Counted from the first letter of the stretch, positions 46,493-59,014 are shown. The stretch: 64,000 nucleotides of DNA from Diplonema japonicum (GCA_964019335.1 OZ025691.1:124001-188000); one strand, 5' to 3'. A program made the numbers and translations. Notes: generated by a model from the sequence alone, not told the origin.

Positions 46493-46659
46493 AAAGGGGT
46501 TGGCTTTCCAGCCTCTCCAATATATCTTTTTTCAAAAAAAAAAAAAAAAAAAAATTGAGAAAGTTCTTCTTTTTTTTTCTTCTTCCAAAATGAGTGGGGG
46601 AGGGGGGACAAAAAAAGAAGAAGAAAAAAAGAAAGCCGTCACCCAGGTCTTCACACGCC

Positions 46660-48638
46660 ATGGCTGGCAAAGACCAGGCTATCGATATGAACAGGCCGCT
46701 GTTCATTCCCAAGGCAAATCCTAGGTATGGTTTCCCCCTTTTTTTTTCCTCGTGTTGTTATGAACACCAACAGGGACTACGCACAGTGGGCGACAGAGTA
46801 TGAAGAGATGGAAAATAAGCACATGAAGCCTCTCCATGGGAATGGGCTCAAAGTGCACAACTTACAAAGGTATACATACTTTCAAGAAAAAGAAAAAAAC
46901 CCCGCTCAGCTTACGGAATGGATTAAAGCACAGGATCATCCCACCCCAGCGAAGCTCCAAAAGGAGCCCACCGCGGCCGAAACCACCGATTTCAAGCGCT
47001 GTTCCTGATAAGCTTAGTCCAATGCAGGGGTTTGCGCACAAAAGACCGAACTCCGCTCATGTTATGAAAGTACGCACACCACCGCCCCGTCCAGCGTCAC
47101 CGTTGTCTCCCACAATACGAAGGATCAAGAAGATAGACAAGCAAGTGCTCAGCACGATTATGAATATTGTGAACAAGGAGGGTTTAGTTTCCCGTTTCAA
47201 CGTCGATGCGAGAGCCATGGACCTGAAGTGGCTGAAAAAACAGGACATTGTGGTCCCGCATCTCAACACTCTGAGCACGCTCAGTACGGAGCTTGTCCGG
47301 GAGGACGGCAGCCTCAACGAAGAGTACCCTTTAAACTCACCGCGTTCCATTTACGTACTTTTCAACAACGGGGTGGCGGTCGCCGATTTACAGAAAATAC
47401 CGCTCTCAGACTACACATGTGACAAGGCCCACGCGAAACGTATGAAGAAGCACCACGACGCGATGCGAGCCGAGCTGTTAAAAAGCCTCATTGTGCAATA
47501 CACCGATTTCTGTGCGGATGTTTCGCTTCAGGACATCACGTCTATCTTGAACACCCCTGGCGCCGAGGCAGCGACAAGCACCGCGAACGAGAAGCGAAAA
47601 CAACAGTCGCAACGTGCACTCGAAGCAACCCGGCTCAGACTTGAAAAGCAATGTCGCGATGTACAAGCGAAAAGCGAAATGGAAAACAACGCCGCTCAAG
47701 ACCGAGAACGACGGATGAAACAGTTGGAAGAAGACAAAAAACTAAAACAACAGGAATTGAACGAACGGATGAAGGAGTCAACCAGAAGACAGGCCGAGCG
47801 TGTAATGGAACTGCAAAGAAACCATGAAAAGGAACAGCAGGCTATATCCGAAAAGCTGACGGCGATGGAGATGCGAGACTGGACGAGAAAACAAAAGGAA
47901 GAGGAGCGGACCGCAGCCTTGAAACAGTCGAGGGAGGCGAAACGGAAGGTCAAGCAAGAGCACATTGCGAACAACATTCGCCGGAGCGAAGAGCACCTAG
48001 AGGAGACACGTGACGTTGTCATGAAAAGAATCACAGTGGCGGAGCAAAGGAAAATGGAAAGAGACGCGCAGGCTCATGCGGAAAGGCAGCGCAACAAGGA
48101 CCAAAACGTGGTAGTCACAAAACGCAGGCTTGAGAGACTCGACAGGGTAAAAGAGGAAGCGGCAGAACAGCAACAGAAAGGGCTTCAAAAACAAGCAGCT
48201 GCTGATGAGAATCAAAAGAAATTCCAGCTAATGAAGCAGCAAGAATGGGAACTCAAAAGCAAACGGGAAAAAACCCTTTCCGAGTCTCGCGCGGAAAAAA
48301 AAGCGTTTGCAGAACAACTCGCCGACGAGATGAAACAGCAGAGAATTCAAAAGCAGGAACAACGTGGGCGGGACTTCAAGGCGGCAAGGGACGAACAAGA
48401 GAGCAAAAGGGAGATTAAAAAAGATCAGCAGACAGCTGATATGAACGAGAAGAGGTTCAAGGTTCTGTGCCACTCTCGGCAGGAAGAGTTCCAAAAAGCG
48501 ATACTTCTTAAAAACATCGAAACCAAGGAACTGCGTGTTGAAACCTGCAACAATGCTAAAGCTGCGCTCTTACAACAGTGCTGGCAAGAGCGTCACCAGC
48601 TTAAGAAGAACAAAGAGAATATTATGCAAAGTTTCTGA
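46660..48638 (+). CDS. Coiled-coil protein; introns 46725-46773 and 46870-46909
   Basis: Two phase-2 GT-AG introns link the ATG at 46660 to the 600-aa E/K/Q/R-rich ORF. Confidence 0.8.
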
Positions 48639-48657
48639 AGAAGGACAGAAAAAAAAA

Positions 48658-48722
48658 CTAGTTTGGCGCTCCGAGCGGGGTTTTACCTAATAAAATAGCT
48701 TATTACGCTGCCATCAACTAGT
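48658..48722 (-). mobile_element. Mini Helitron-like repeat
   Basis: The minus strand ends with hairpin CGCTCGGAGCG followed by CCAAACTAG|T. The body matches 40006-40084. Confidence 0.55.
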
Positions 48723-49106
48723 TTTTGGTCTCGACAATAATATTGTTAAAATTTTTGTTTTCCTTTTTTTTTTTTTTTTTTTTCTTGCGAGGCTTCCCTT
48801 CACAGGGCCATTCCCCTCCCCTCCCCATGCTGCGTCCGTTTTACCTTGATGAAAGGAAAAGAATAGGGGGAAAAGAAAAAAGAAGGTTTTCCCCATGTTG
48901 TTTGTTAAAACTATGGAAAATTTAGCAAGGAAAGAGGGGAAAAAAGTTTCTTTTTTTTCTTTTTTTTTTCTTTTTTTTTTTGTGTTCTTCCACCGTCTTT
49001 CTTTTAGTTCTTTCTTCTTTTTTTCCTTCTTTTTGCACTTTTTCTTTTCTCTCCCCCCGTAGGTTTAATTTACTCAGGTGAAGAAAAAAAAAATAAAAAG
49101 GGAGAA

Positions 49107-49740
49107 ATGCTGCAACGGTGTTCAAGAAGATTTTGCAGTGAGGTGGTGATAAAGACGGTGCGGATAGGAAACGGGGAGCTGGTGTGGAAAGGACCGCAAG
49201 ATGCCTTTAGAAAGATGAGCGAGAAGGAATTTTACAAGGTTCTCTCTTTTTTTTTTTTCTTTTTTTTTTTCCCCCTTCTTCTTATCCCCCCCCCCCCCCC
49301 CCCCACTCCATCACAGAACGACGAGTTTCACCAATTTTTCGATGAGATCGGTCTGGAAGTGTTCCTGCCTGAAGGAGATTCTGAGGACAATGCTCCTCCT
49401 GAGGGGGATTCTACGGACGAGTCCCCTTCAACAACTTCTCCCTCTCCTTCGGTACAAACCCCGAAAACCGACACTTTGCCCGACGTGTACCCCGGGCTAG
49501 AAGAGCTAGAATTAGAAATAAACCCCCACGACTACGTGTGGAAGCTTAAGAAGATGATCCAGGTTTGTGACACACTCCCTCCAAAAAAAAAAAAAAAAAA
49601 AGGAAAAAAGCGGAGTCCCTGATTCCGAGTACGATTTGTATCTTGGGAAGGAAAAACTGTCGGAGCAAAAGGCGCTTTTCAGCTACATGACTTCCTTTAA
49701 CGAAATGCAACTCGAGCTGTCCATAAGAAAAACGAAATAA
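49107..49740 (+). CDS. Putative mitochondrial protein with C-terminal ubiquitin-like domain; introns 49239-49316 and 49563-49602
   Basis: MLQRCSRRFCS presequence-like start. Spliced LEINPHDYVWKLKKMIQEKSGVP..Y.LYLG.EKL is a Ubl pattern. Confidence 0.7.
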
Positions 49741-49859
49741 AGTTAATTTCTACCGCACCTTCGAGCCATCTCACCAATCAAAAAAAGAAAAAGAAAAAAA
49801 AAAAGAAGGGGGAAGCGGGGGGGAGAACCCACGTAAACAAAACAAAAAAAAAAACAAAG

Positions 49860-51551
49860 ATGTTTTTCAAAAGACTCAAAAGCACGTTAAGCTCAGACGG
49901 AGGAGTCTCGGTTTCAATGCGGATTTCCATTGAAAAGGTTAGAGTCCCGTGCAGGGCGAACGGGAGTAGGTTTGCTGTAAGGTGGACTAAGGGAAAGCAC
50001 AAAGGTGTAACCAGCATCGGTGTCCTGAACCATTCAGGAGTAGGGATTATCATGGAGGACTTAGAATTCAACACGACAATGATCGAGGGGAAGAAAAAAG
50101 TGCTGGGTTTCAGACTACTGGAAGCGATCAGACACACCTCCGCAAGCGGCAGCTCAGCAGATGAACGGTTGGTCCCGGTACTTGATCTCACTTTCGACTT
50201 GTCCGACTTTTACTTCAAGAATTTTTGCGACAAGGACGTCGGTTGTAAGGAGGTGACGCTCGGTTCGGATTTCTCCCTCACACTTTCTATCTCGTTGATC
50301 TCCGCTGCCTTCACCAAACCGAAACTATCCCCTGCGATCCGGTGTTCCCCAATGTCCGACGCCCAGCTCGATTTCTCCTCAAAAGGTCTTTTCCTCGATG
50401 TGGGATCGACCTTCAACAGCAACGCAATGTCATCCACATGGAAATCGTTAATCACAGGGCTCTACCGCAAGCATGGTGTTGGGTACGATTCCGAGGAGAT
50501 CGACGCTTTCTTAGAAAGCTACAAAGGAGCCGAAGGAGAACTGTACGAAAAGCTTCAAGTTAAATACGAACCCGGATCCCTCACAGATGACCAACGGCAG
50601 TTATACGCGAACCCCGTTGATGACATTCCCGCCCTGTCCCGACAGCTTTATACAAAGGAAAGTGTGATGTATGGGTCAAGCACCGACCCCATGTCCAGCG
50701 ATGGGGTTGCGCTGCGTGTTCGACGCATGGACACCGCGATTCGTCAGAGCTTCCCGGGGAGCAGTGAAAGCGAACCTCTCAGTCCTGAGTTTTCGTACAA
50801 GACAACACGCCCTAGAAAGCGTTCCATGAAGAACAGGTCAGTTTCTGCAGAAAGGAAGCTGGCACCGCCGCCGCCCCCGGCGTACCCACCACCTCCTGAT
50901 TCACCTGCAAGGATCGAAGCGAAATGGGGAGAAACATACCACCCTGCCGTTTTGTTAAAAACAACCGGAGAATGGGTGGATGTCATGTGGAAAAACGGAG
51001 AGGTGTCATGTGTCAAGGTGAGCGATACGCGAAGAGTGAAGGTACAAGAAGTGCAGGCTCCGCGTTCACCGAGGAACGACAAGGTGGCGATTGTGAGTGA
51101 GGTGGTGGCGCATGAGGAAGGTGTTGTGCTCTGTGGCAAGCCAAAACCACAGCCCATGACCCTAATGCATCACGAGGTGTCTGAAGCAGACGACGAGGAT
51201 GAGGAAGTAGAAGGCGGTCCCTTAGAAGGTATAGAAACAGCCAGTTCGGGGCACTGTGTGGTAAAAGCTGACTGCTTCACGCTGCCTAGTAGAAGCGTCA
51301 GTGGAAGTAGCAGCGGTGGCGCGTCCAAGTCCAGCGCCTCCTTTTCTACACTCACTGCCCCTCCCAATGTCACCTTCTCCGCCCGCACACGTTGGGGGGA
51401 TTTCAAGGCAGCGCAACTCGACCCCTCCCCCTCCCCATCCCCCATCCCTACCTTCTTTAACCGCCCTCACTGGAGCTCTCTCGATGCGCAACCTGAAAAC
51501 ACCGAACCTGTCACCCTTGGTGCTAGTAGGGAACAGTGGAGAAGAATGTAA
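49860..51551 (+). CDS. NT-C2 (EEIG1/EHBP1-type) domain protein
   Basis: N-terminal beta-rich domain with VRWTKG and DLSDF, followed by a low-complexity C-terminus. Confidence 0.7.
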   Translation: MFFKRLKSTLSSDGGVSVSMRISIEKVRVPCRANGSRFAVRWTKGKHKGVTSIGVLNHSGVGIIMEDLEFNTTMIEGKKKVLGFRLLEAIRHTSASGSSADERLVPVLDLTFDLSDFYFKNFCDKDVGCKEVTLGSDFSLTLSISLISAAFTKPKLSPAIRCSPMSDAQLDFSSKGLFLDVGSTFNSNAMSSTWKSLITGLYRKHGVGYDSEEIDAFLESYKGAEGELYEKLQVKYEPGSLTDDQRQLYANPVDDIPALSRQLYTKESVMYGSSTDPMSSDGVALRVRRMDTAIRQSFPGSSESEPLSPEFSYKTTRPRKRSMKNRSVSAERKLAPPPPPAYPPPPDSPARIEAKWGETYHPAVLLKTTGEWVDVMWKNGEVSCVKVSDTRRVKVQEVQAPRSPRNDKVAIVSEVVAHEEGVVLCGKPKPQPMTLMHHEVSEADDEDEEVEGGPLEGIETASSGHCVVKADCFTLPSRSVSGSSSGGASKSSASFSTLTAPPNVTFSARTRWGDFKAAQLDPSPSPSPIPTFFNRPHWSSLDAQPENTEPVTLGASREQWRRM

Positions 51552-52135
51552 AGGGTTGGGGTGAAAATCGCTTCTCCGTCCCTCGATAGATTTTTTGTCT
51601 TTTTTTGTTTCGGTACTAAGGAAAAAAAAAAAAAAAAAAGAAAAAAAAGATGAAAGAAAGAAAAACCGATTCGGCAGTTGGTGGTTGATTGTTACGTAGG
51701 TTAGAGACAGCAGGCTCCGTGTATGCTGGCCAATAGAATCCGCTAGTGCGCACAAGCAAACAAGCGTCCAGAATAGTTTTTTTTTTTTTTTTCACTTCTT
51801 CTTTTTCTTTCTTTTCCTCTGCGCTTCATGTCTACAAGAAACGCGAGGCGTTCCTCTTTTCCCTGTTTTGTTTTCTTCTTTTTTCCATTGTCAAAAAAAA
51901 AGTTTTTTTTTGTTCTAAAAAAAAAAAAAAAAAAAAAATTGCTACAAATTTGTATTTTTCCCTTCTCTTCTTTCCCTTTTTTTTGTCCCCCACTCCTTCT
52001 AAAAAAAAAGGAAAAGAACAATAAAAGAAAGAAAGGTCTCCTCCACTCCGTGTCAAAAATTACCCCCCCCCCCCTCTGCATCAAGCAACAAAAAAATAGC
52101 AAAAAAAGTGGGGGTGGGGGGGAACGAAATATAAT

Positions 52136-53098
52136 ATGACTACAGTAGTGTTGACTCCGTGGGATAACATGACTGAGGAATGCGGGGCGGATGAGGCATC
52201 CGGTGGGAGTGGGGAGGAAGACGCAGTGTCGACTCCGTTGGTGGCCATGGGAACGCTTCTGGTCATCGGAGCTTCTTTCATCAGTTGCTTCGGGGTAAAC
52301 TTACAAAAATTAGCCCACAACAAGAATGCGATGCTCCCCGTTGAGGAGAGGGTGGTCATGTACAAAATGTGGCAGTGGTGGCTGGGAATCTTCGCGATGG
52401 TGATGGGCTCCATCATGGACATGGCTGCCCTGCCCTTCGTACCACTTTCAAGAGTTGCCGCTTTAGGGGCTTCCACAATGGTAGCAAATATCGTGATCAC
52501 CCCTGTGTTCCTTAAGGAAACCCTGACTCGCCACGACCTTGCCGGGTGTGTCCTAGCTGTCTCCGGTACTGTAATCGCCTGTCTTTTCGGAGCAGGCTCT
52601 GAAAGCAAGGTCACCACCCCGTGCCTTCTGAAGTACTTCACCAACCCCCTCTTCATCATGTACTTCGCGTTCGTCACCATCTTCATCGTCACACTATACT
52701 ACTTCATAGTGGGGTTCAGACGAATGCAAGCCACTCTTGTGAGGATGGAGATTGTCGAGGACACCTTGGAATGTGTCTGGGTATGTGTTCCCCCCCCCCC
52801 CCCCCCCCCCCCCAGGGCTATGCATTTTTTGAAAAAAAAGGGAAACGGAAACGGATACGGAAACGTTTCCTTATGTTTCCTTAAGAAGGAAGCCGTTTCC
52901 ATAAGAATTTTGAAAAGTATGGAAACGGGAACGGAAACGGAAACGTTTCCACGTTTCCTGCCAGCATAGCCCCAGGGGAGGGGTACAAAAAAAAAAAACA
53001 GCTCCATGCCAATCTTGAAAAATTAGAGGGCGTACCACGCGACCCAAAGTTCACTTTCGTGACAAAGGTGTGTGTAGCGGGGGAAAAAAAAAAAAAAG

Positions 53099-53139
<41 letters not shown>

Positions 53140-53840
53140 AGTTCGGCCCTCAGTTCTACCCTTGTGTGCATGCGGTGTACGCGGGAACTATAGGGGCGCA
53201 GAGTGTTATGTTTGCAAAGGTAAGTCCATATTTGAAAAAAAAAAAAAAAAAAACCCTCCAGGCTGTGCTGAAGTTCTTAGGAAACGCGATCTACTCAAAC
53301 GAGGACTCCACCCTGACGAGCCTTGGGTACGTTTGTCTGTTTTTGGTGCCGACGGTCGTGTGCCTGTGGAACCAGATTACGTACTTAAACATCAGCCTGC
53401 AGATCTACAGAGATGCTTTGTTCGTGCTGCCCGTGTACCAAGCACTGTGGGTGTCGGCTGGGATTCTGTCGGGTCTGTTCTTTTACCAGGAATACCGGGA
53501 GATCAAGAATTTGAACGCGGCTCTGTTTGGATTGGGGTGCTTTGTCAGTATGGCTGGACTGGTGGTTCTTGCAAGGCGTGAGAGCCTTACGGAGATGCCG
53601 CAGTCACCCAGACCGAACGGTGCCTCTCCTGCCCTCCTCTCTGCTCGCTCTGCTGACAATGATAACGAGCTGGAACTATTCCACATCGACGATGATGACA
53701 ACATGAAGAACAAGACACGAAATTTCAGCACCTCTTACGTGAATCTTGGAGAAGATGGGACGTCTTCCTTCAACACAAACCACGGCCAACACACACCCCT
53801 TCCAAGAATGGTGTCAGATGATGTCACTACTTTGAACTAG
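52136..53840 (+). CDS. NIPA-type Mg2+ transporter (DMT superfamily), paralog 1; introns 52781-53001, 53068-53141 and 53220-53261
   Basis: G.NLQKLAH, WWLG..M..G, LGA...N, FL.E, LN.SL..Y.DAL.VLPVYQ..W, G..FYQEY. The introns restore the frame. Confidence 0.92.
52816..52971. mobile_element. MITE, GGCTATG...CATAGCC family (copy 2), inside intron 1 of NIPA paralog 1
   Basis: TIR GGCTATGC/GCATAGCC, flanked on both sides by CCAG (4-bp TSD); internal GGAAAC repeats. Confidence 0.8.
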
Positions 53841-54196
53841 GAAAAAAAATAATATGAGAAAAAAAAATTTTTTTTTATGTGTGAATAGTTTTTTTTTTCT
53901 TTTTTTTCACAACTTGTGCTGAGCAAAGAAAGAGAAAGAAGAAGAAAAAAAAAAGGGAAAGGGGGGGGGGGGGGAAATGTAGCTTTTTCCCCCCCTCTAT
54001 TTTTTGCTTGAGCAAGGGCGTCCTGCTACATACTGCAGGCACCCTTAAATAGTTTCTTTTTTTTTTTTTTTTTTTTTTTAATTCGTGTGAACAAATAAAA
54101 GACATAAGTCGTTAAGAAGTTCTTTTTTTTGGGGGGGGGGAGGAAACACATAAAAAAAATCCTTCTGGCTACCGTTTCCTCAAAAGTATTTTCAAG

Positions 54197-54227
<31 letters not shown>

Positions 54228-54409
54228 AAACAATGGGAAGTTGGATATGGGCGGGAGTGGGAGGAAAAGAAAGAGTTTCCTAGAGATAGAAATAACCTCA
54301 AAACACCAGAGAAATCCGTACATAATGTAGTCATCATGTAATCAAGAAAACAGGTGATTTCTTGTACAGGTGATAACTAGCTCTGGTCTTTTAAGGGGTA
54401 CTTTCAATG

Positions 54410-54443
<34 letters not shown>

Positions 54444-54573
54444 CGTAAATGGTGTACATTTCTGTATTGTTTCTGTTCAAAAAAAAAAAATCAGTTTCTC
54501 TTGTTCTTTTCTGATTCGTTCCACCCTTACCTTTATTATCTAAAACACATAAAGCTCCCACAGACCGGCACCC

Positions 54574-54604
<31 letters not shown>

Positions 54605-55339
54605 ACACACAAACCTGTGTTGGGCTGTAGAGTGTCCCCCCCCCCCTTTTTTAGGTGGTTGTGTTAGCTGACTTAGTGACATCCCCCCCCCTTTTTTTTC
54701 CCTTATCTCCAGTAGGTTTCAAGCCGAAAAGAAAAAAATTCTTTTTAAGAATCTTAAGAAAGAAAAAAAAAAAGAAAAAAAAAAAGAAGGGGGAAGGAAG
54801 AAGCAAAAGTTGGACTTTACGGTGATGACATTCGGGGGGCATCCCCCTTTCTTTTTTACACCCCTCACTCTTCCGTGAATTTCTTATTCAATGCGAAAAT
54901 GTAAGGAACGAAGAAAAAAGGAAAAAAAAAAAAAAAAAAAAAAAAAAAAGAAAAGGAAAAATAAGAATGAAAACCCCGAAATACTAGTTGTTGGGAAAAG
55001 AAACTTCTGCAAATTTATGTTTTTTTTTTTTTCTTTTTTTTTTTTTAAATTTTTTTTTTCTTATTATTCGCTTTTTTTCCTCCTTCTTTATGTGCCGATC
55101 ATCCCCCCTCCCTTTTTTTTTTTTTTTTCTGTTCTTCAATGCAGGTATTCACGCACTCTTTTTCGCTGTTTTTTTTTTCTTCTTCTTTTTTTCTTTTTTT
55201 TTTTTTTTTAAATTTTTAATCAGAAAAAAAAAAGGGAGGGGAAACAAAACAAAAAATCAAAATCTGCCAGTTTACACCTTTCACTTGTAAAATGGAAAAT
55301 AAAAGTCTTGTCAATCTCTAACCCAGTTCAGAAACACTT

Positions 55340-55376
<37 letters not shown>

Positions 55377-55514
55377 CTTTTTTTTTTTTTCTTTTTTTTT
55401 TTTTTTTTGACTTCTGCGGCCGGACATGTTTGCTGCGCGCGAGAGAAAAGGTGACTTGATGATGACCAGCACATTCCGAGTGCCCAACACCGCAGTTTGC
55501 TTTTCTCATTGTAT

Positions 55515-55572
<58 letters not shown>

Positions 55573-55641
55573 CTTTCTTTTTTTTTCTTCTTCTTTTTTT
55601 TTTACAAAAGAATTATCGTTCAAAAATTATTTTTATTACTC

Positions 55642-55966
55642 TGAGCTCGCCCGGAAAAAAATGTCAACAAATGACCCCTCCTAGCAAAAAACCCCGTTAA
55701 ATTTCTAAGTAGAAAAGTAGTCCGACACCCTTTGTGTGCAGAATTGCGGTCTAGGCTTGATCACTATATAGATCATAGAATGGTTTTTTGGAAATGAGAA
55801 ATAACCTAGACTCCATTTTTTTATTTTCGTTTTCCCGTGAAAAGCGACAGGAGGGATGGACGCAGAATGAAAATCTGTGAAACCCCTTGGGTCTGCTGCC
55901 CTTTTTTTTTTTGCTCAAAACAAACTGTTAAAAAAAAGTGTTGACATTTTAATCTAGACGAGCTCA
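55642..55966. mobile_element. MITE-like element with ~28-bp imperfect TIRs
   Basis: tgagctcgcccggaaaaaaatgtcaaca / tgttgacattttaatctagacgagctca. TSD not evident. Confidence 0.6.
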
Positions 55967-57316
55967 TATACTACTTGTGTTGAGCAAAAAAAAAAAAAAA
56001 GAAAACTTTTTCGCGGCTTTTAAAATCTGTTTGGTTGGTTTCTTCTTTTTTTTCTTTTTTGCTCATCGAACTACAACTACATATAGCCATAAAGAGTTAT
56101 TTTTGTTGAATTTATACAGCAAACGAAAACAAAAACAAGAGGGAAAAAAAAATATCCGCTAAGTGCACAAACGAAAACCCCCCCCCCTTTTTTTTGTTTT
56201 TATTTTATGTACCTTTTTTTGTTCTTCTCTTAACTTTCCAAATAAGAAAAAAGCCTCATTGACGTCAAATCTCAAACTCTAATTGTCTGAAGTAACTCGA
56301 CCACTGCAGGAAACACTGCAGAAAAAAGAAAAAAAAAAGAAAAAAAACTGGCCCTCCCCTTACGGCGATCCTTGCAATAGGACTTTTTCTTGGAAGATAT
56401 TTGTTTTTCTCTCAGCCGGCCATTCAAAATTCAAAACACTTTGGAATCCTTGAGGCAAACTCTTCCCCTTTTTTTTCTCCTCTTTGTTTGATATCAATGC
56501 GAGGGGTAATACCCTTCTCCTCCCCCCATTCTTCCAAGTTTCTTTGTTGTGCCCCCCCCCCCCTTTTTTTTGTTCTTTTTTTTCAATTCTGCAGTTGATT
56601 TCCCTCGAATCCCTCAAGGAACGTCTGAGAATCCAAACTATCGGGGTGGGAGGGCAAATTATTATTATTTTTTTTTCCCGCGATATTGAATGTGTATATT
56701 GGTTTGGGGATGTGTGGTGTGACTTCGGTGATCCAAATCTGGAGTTTGGGTGTCTGGGTCTTCAGACCCATTCAAAGGCTGTTGTTCTCCATCTTTCGGC
56801 AAACGACACAATTTGTTCCCCTTTTAAAAGCATACGAGTTTTTCGCAATATTTTCGCGTCACATAGCGCCTTCGGTAAAAAAAAAGCGGCTATTCTTTCC
56901 GTCAATTTTTGAATCAGCCCCTGAAAATGCGGGGGGGGGGGGGGGGGGGGGGGAGGGAATATGCGGAGGGGAAAATATTTCGTTTCGCAGGGGATCAAAC
57001 TGCAGAATAAAAAAACCACTATTCTGGCGGCCGCGCAGGGTTTTCACAGTTACCCCCCCTCGTCAGGATGTCGGATGCCTCGGAGGAATAAAGCGTGCCT
57101 CTCTGGAATAGTTAAACTCTCCACCACCTCCCCCCCAAAAAAATATTTCTCTTTTTCTTTTTTCTTCTTCCACATCCACTATTATTATTCTTCCACCTTT
57201 TTCACCCCCCCCATTACATCACAACGGGAGGGGAAAAAAAAAAGAAGGTTGACCGATTTAAAAAAAAAAAAAAGGAAGGGGAAAGTAGTGGTTTAACAAA
57301 CAATAATAATAATGTC

Positions 57317-59014
57317 ATGTCGAAAGTGAAGGCTTCTTGGATGCCTGACACAAGCACCACAGAGTGCCGAAGCGAGACGTGTTTAAGACAGTTTGGGCTG
57401 TTTGTGAGAAGGCACCATTGCAGAGCATGCGGGGGGATATTCTGCAGCAGCTGCACCGCGAAAAGAAGAATCATCGCGGGGGGAACCGAATTGGAGAGGG
57501 TGTGCGACACCTGCGCCGCGGACCTTGACGCCACCGCCGCTCAAAAACGCTACATTAAAAACGCCATTGTAATCTCGGCCTTGAACATCGTACTGGTAAG
57601 CGGTTCGCATTCAAGTCTCACGAAGAGTTCATCAAACCACCCTGCCGTCCCACCCTCTTTATGCAACATATGTTATGGAAGGTGTATTGACCATGATTGC
57701 CCGGTGTGTGGGACAAGACTGTGCACAGTGTGTTCGATCGACCACCCTCAAAGATGCACCAAAGGGGAAGGGTACAAAGTGACTGTTATGATACATGAGG
57801 TAAAATCCGCAGGTTCTCACGACTTAACAAAGCCTTCTCCGTGTGTTTTAATATCTTCCGAGTACGAGACGGTTCGGACCACCACCAAACCATCATCGTG
57901 TTCGCATTACTACGGGGAGGAGTTCAACCTCACCATAACCGACGCTACCTCATCGCTTCATTTTAAAGTTGTTGACGATCGGACGTTGCACTACACTGTG
58001 ATAGGGAGAGCGTGTGTACCATTGTCGACGGTTTCGAAAAAGGGTTTGAAAAATATTTGGTTGGAACTGCTCCCTGACGATCCCAAAGAACGGAAAGACG
58101 CTGCGGATAGTAAGTATCGATCCGCCACGCGGGCTTCGCCGATGAAGAAGCCTAAGCATCCTCTCGGGTGGCTTTGCGTTTCGATCGTCTCACATTTCGA
58201 TTTACTGTGTTACTTCAAACCCCCTGTCCCACCCCCGCGGGTTGAAGAGTTCACATCGACCGATTTCATGGTCAATATTTCCCGGCTTCAGGTGTTGTGG
58301 AACCAAAAAACGCCTACTCTGTTGGTCATGACGCAGGGTTTGCCGGATTTGATTAAGTTCGGTTTGGTGATTCCACTGTGGGGGTTTATCTGTTCCGGTT
58401 TGCAGGTGTGGTCTGTCCCGTTGTTGTGCTACGCGTTGATCGTTGTGAACGGGGTGTTGTCGTCAAAGGGAACTGCTTATCAAATTAAGTTCAGCGAGAC
58501 GGAAATTGCTGTATATGAGGACGATGTTCAGAACAAAGAAGGTGTGACGGCTAAACTGCGGTCGGCGTACAACGCAGCTCACGAGCTTCCTGTTGTTCTG
58601 AGAAGGATCCAAATGGGGCTGGGACAGGTCGCATCGTCGTTGGAACGATTTCACACTATGTTCTCTTTTCACGATTTGTCGGTCTCTGTTGCAGTCTGTC
58701 TCGCGCTTCTTCTCTTCTCCTGTCTTTTGAGCGTTGTTCTCTTCGTCTTCCCTGTTCGGTTCGTGTTCTTCCTGGTCGGGTTTAGGGTCATCATCATTGA
58801 CAACAAGCCCCCTAACCCAAACAACCCCTTCTCCGTGCTTATTGCCGCTTTTAAGTCGTATCTTAAGATATTTATTACCTTGTCGATGAACCTCTGGGGC
58901 CACCTGCCTGATGCGCTTGAGTTAGAACATCGTGCCATTGCAGCTTATCAAGTCCAGGACGGACCGCCGTCGGCTTATCACACAAAAAGGCAAGACTCTG
59001 TTAGATCTTTGTAA
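57317..59014 (+). CDS. FYVE zinc finger + C2 + C-terminal membrane (MCTP/PRT_C-like) protein
   Basis: WMPD, RRHHCRACGGIFC, RVCDTC; C2 domain (EEFNL..L.F.V.D..IGRA.VPL..W.EL); RRIQ.GLG.VAS.LERF...FSF.D followed by hydrophobic helices. Confidence 0.9.
   Translation: MSKVKASWMPDTSTTECRSETCLRQFGLFVRRHHCRACGGIFCSSCTAKRRIIAGGTELERVCDTCAADLDATAAQKRYIKNAIVISALNIVLVSGSHSSLTKSSSNHPAVPPSLCNICYGRCIDHDCPVCGTRLCTVCSIDHPQRCTKGEGYKVTVMIHEVKSAGSHDLTKPSPCVLISSEYETVRTTTKPSSCSHYYGEEFNLTITDATSSLHFKVVDDRTLHYTVIGRACVPLSTVSKKGLKNIWLELLPDDPKERKDAADSKYRSATRASPMKKPKHPLGWLCVSIVSHFDLLCYFKPPVPPPRVEEFTSTDFMVNISRLQVLWNQKTPTLLVMTQGLPDLIKFGLVIPLWGFICSGLQVWSVPLLCYALIVVNGVLSSKGTAYQIKFSETEIAVYEDDVQNKEGVTAKLRSAYNAAHELPVVLRRIQMGLGQVASSLERFHTMFSFHDLSVSVAVCLALLLFSCLLSVVLFVFPVRFVFFLVGFRVIIIDNKPPNPNNPFSVLIAAFKSYLKIFITLSMNLWGHLPDALELEHRAIAAYQVQDGPPSAYHTKRQDSVRSL

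Noticed and set aside
55315-55326. CTAACCC as a telomerase RNA template
   Set aside because: Only 7 nt match TTAGGG repeats, too short for template plus alignment region.
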